This document shows positions 35,304 through 37,065 of a stretch of DNA of 37,065 nt, one piece after another (within the stretch, counting starts at the first letter, position 1; each line of letters begins with the position of its first letter). The DNA is from a virus (lineage: Duplodnaviria; Caudoviricetes), in the IMG/VR virus record IMGVR_UViG_3300025718_000018, positions 1 through 37,065 of that record; one strand, given 5' to 3'. The position numbers and the translations under genes were made by a program. The notes under the pieces were generated by a model. It was not told the origin of the DNA and searched no databases. It saw only the letters and a list, made by a program, of their open reading frames with translations.

Positions 35304-36585
35304 CATTGCGTCCATTCAAGGCCGGGCATTCGGCGTCCAGTTCGGCGAAGCCATCGACTACCTCAAGGGCAAGCTGCCCGAGGTAAGCCTGAAGTCGGAC
35401 GATCTGGCCGGGCCAGTGCATGGCAAGGTGTTCACCGTGGCCGGTGCCACGTCCACCGACCTGGTGCGCGACATGCACGCGGCCGTGACGGATGCAATCA
35501 CCAAGGGCAGCACTCTCAGCCAGTTCCGCAAGGACTTTGACCGCATCGTGCAACAGCACGGCTGGACGTACAAGGGCAAGCGCGGTTGGCGATCAGCGGT
35601 GATCTTCAATACCAACATGCGCTCGGCCCATATGGCGGGCCGCTGGAAGCAACTGGTAGCCAACCAGGCGCAGCGCCCGTATCTCCAATACCGCACAGCC
35701 GGTGACGCCCGCGTTCGCCCACAGCATCGCATGTGGAACGGGTTGATCTACCCGCTGGACGACGCCTTCTGGCAAACCCACTACCCACCCAACGGCTGGG
35801 GATGCCGCTGCACCGTGCGCGCCTACGGTGAAGGCGAGATGACGGACAAAGATCTGTCCGTGTCCGCGCCATTTGAGATGAAGACCCGGGAGGTGATCAC
35901 GCGCGACGGTGAAATCAAAGACAAGGTGCCGATCGGCATTGATCCCGGCTGGGATCACAACGTCGGCCAGTCCTGGATCAGCCCCGAACTGGCACTTGGC
36001 CAAAAGCTGGCCCGTTTGCCTCGCCAACTGCAGGGCATCATGACTGATAAAGCCATTTCACCGGCCTTTCAAACGGTGCTTAGTGACAACTTCAAGGACT
36101 TTCGAACGACCTTCAAAGGCACTGGAAAGACGGTTGGAAGCGGTCAAATTCTGGGATTTACGGACAGTGCCGTGCTGAATGCCCTGGCTGAATTCAAACC
36201 GGCCCTGCAGATTGAATCAACGGCTATTGCTGCCTTTGATGACACGCTGACCCACCTTGCTGGCAAGCACAAGATCGGCAAGCCCGGCGCAACATCCCGT
36301 CGCGGCAAGGGCTCGCCGCTGCAAATATGGCCGGATGAATGGATCAATGAGCTTCCAATTCATCTGCGCAACTATCGCGCAGTGCTGTGGGACATTGACC
36401 ATGAATCGCTGCTGATCATCCCGCAAGACGCGTTCAACCAGAGCCTGCCAGTGATCGCCCTCAAGCCCAATCGCAAAACCAAGCTGGGCACCGGCTTCGC
36501 CGTCACAAGCCTGGGCTCAAAAGGCGCCGCGACGCTGGCTGACCAGAACAAGTACACCGTACTGATCGGGAAGATCGGGAAATAG
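35296..36585 (+). CDS. MuF (gp30) minor head protein with C-terminal extension (possible PBECR-type nuclease)
   Basis: FTVAG, GDARVRPQH and YPPNGWGCRCTV motifs; about 190 aa of extra C-terminal sequence. Confidence 0.88.
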   Translation: MPDIASIQGRAFGVQFGEAIDYLKGKLPEVSLKSDDLAGPVHGKVFTVAGATSTDLVRDMHAAVTDAITKGSTLSQFRKDFDRIVQQHGWTYKGKRGWRSAVIFNTNMRSAHMAGRWKQLVANQAQRPYLQYRTAGDARVRPQHRMWNGLIYPLDDAFWQTHYPPNGWGCRCTVRAYGEGEMTDKDLSVSAPFEMKTREVITRDGEIKDKVPIGIDPGWDHNVGQSWISPELALGQKLARLPRQLQGIMTDKAISPAFQTVLSDNFKDFRTTFKGTGKTVGSGQILGFTDSAVLNALAEFKPALQIESTAIAAFDDTLTHLAGKHKIGKPGATSRRGKGSPLQIWPDEWINELPIHLRNYRAVLWDIDHESLLIIPQDAFNQSLPVIALKPNRKTKLGTGFAVTSLGSKGAATLADQNKYTVLIGKIGK

Positions 36586-36600
36586 GGGGGAAAGAAGAGT

Positions 36601-36684
36601 GGAAGCCAGGAAGGTCGCAGCATCTTCATAATCAGGGCATCGTTCGATACCCTCTGGCTGGTGCATTTCCAGTCCACTGGCTCC
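36601..36684 (-). ncRNA. Putative cloverleaf small RNA convergent with muF
   Basis: Four-stem fold closed by GGAGCCAG/CTGGCTTC, starting at the predicted transcription start of a sigma70 promoter. Confidence 0.55.
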
Positions 36685-36689
36685 GTTGA

Positions 36690-36718
36690 AGTTTAAGCCC
36701 CGCCGCATGTTTTGGCAA
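36690..36718 (-). promoter_or_regulatory. Sigma70 promoter for the putative sRNA
   Basis: TTGCCA-17 nt-TAAACT on the minus strand. Confidence 0.65.
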
Positions 36719-36798
36719 TATTCGGGCAGTTAACCAGCTACACCTTGGGCATTTAATCGGCATTTAATGAACAAATGCACCGCATTTTTGGGCAGCGA

Positions 36799-36907
36799 CT
36801 GGATCAAAATAAACGTTTCTGCCGTTTTGCCCAGAAATTCTCTAACTCATTGATTTTGCAAATCTTTTCGGCCGTTTTCTTCCACCGTTTTCTGGATCAA
36901 TCTAAAC
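36799..36907 (-). repeat. Putative transposase-binding repeats, MuF end (Mu L-end-like)
   Basis: Minus-strand GTTTAGATTGATCCAG (36907-36892) and GTTTATTTTGATCCAG (36814-36799), separated by 77 bp, as in Mu L1-L2. Confidence 0.8.
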
Positions 36908-36918
36908 ACCTCCCCCCT

Positions 36919-36923
36919 TCAAC
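36919..36923 (+). repeat. Target-site duplication TCAAC (right copy)
   Basis: Identical to 123-127. Confidence 0.9.
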
Positions 36924-37065
36924 CGGCGCTGTGCATACCCGCGCACCTGCCACCACCGCCCAAAGGCAGAACCATCGTGATCGGTGCAGGCAAGGCATCG
37001 GCGGCCATGGCGCGGGTCAATGAGAGTGAACCAACCCGTGGGAGGGCGCATTTCAGCGATCGTGG
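36919..37065 (+). pseudogene. Continuation of the interrupted host glycerate kinase-like gene
   Basis: QPALCIPAHLPPPPKGRTIVIGAGKASAAMAR carries the family GAGKA motif. Similarity appears to lapse after ~37015. Confidence 0.75.

Larger units (their letters stand above)
128..36918. mobile_element. Mu-like transposable prophage (contractile tail), apparently complete
   Basis: Transposase, MuB, Ner, Mor, GemA, Com and a full Mu-type head/tail/lysis set. Flanked by TCAAC at 123-127 and 36919-36923. Removing the element restores a host reading frame. Confidence 0.95.

Noticed and set aside
36775-37023. 82-aa ORF as MuF immunity protein
   Set aside because: It spans the end repeats and the phage-host junction, so it cannot be a stable phage gene.
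37045-37065. GCGCATTTCAGCGATCGTGG resembling the start of an IS21-family inverted repeat
   Set aside because: Only about 20 nt are visible at the window edge and the terminal TG is missing; cannot be supported.
1-37065. CRISPR array or rRNA
   Set aside because: No regularly spaced repeat-spacer pattern or rRNA-like sequence seen.

Overview
The window holds an apparently complete Mu-like transposable prophage with a contractile tail (128-36918, 36,791 bp). It is inserted in a host glycerate-kinase/TtuD-like gene with a 5-bp target duplication (TCAAC). The layout resembles Burkholderia phage KS10. A central repressor/ner switch (~26.4 kb) drives a leftward arm: DUF3102, transposase, MuB, early genes, GemA, Mor, protease/scaffold, capsid, tail, SGNH-esterase tail fibre, Com and an adenine methyltransferase in place of mom. 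The rightward arm carries the repressor operon, lysis cassette, terminase, portal and MuF. Main observations: (1) the repressor ends in a RHIM-like motif (IQVG) and the next gene, a membrane-anchored protein, starts with a matching one (VQVG), suggesting an amyloid-signalling lysis/lysogeny switch; (2) the termini read AG...CT rather than TG...CA; (3) a tRNA-like fold is nested inside another, both without a normal anticodon loop; (4) a promoter-driven cloverleaf sRNA faces a MuF gene with a nuclease-like extension and no immunity ORF; (5) four late promoters share a GGTGAA-N4-TTCACC box with identical spacing, three of them apparently leaderless. Family assignments come from motif recognition by eye, not database searches.
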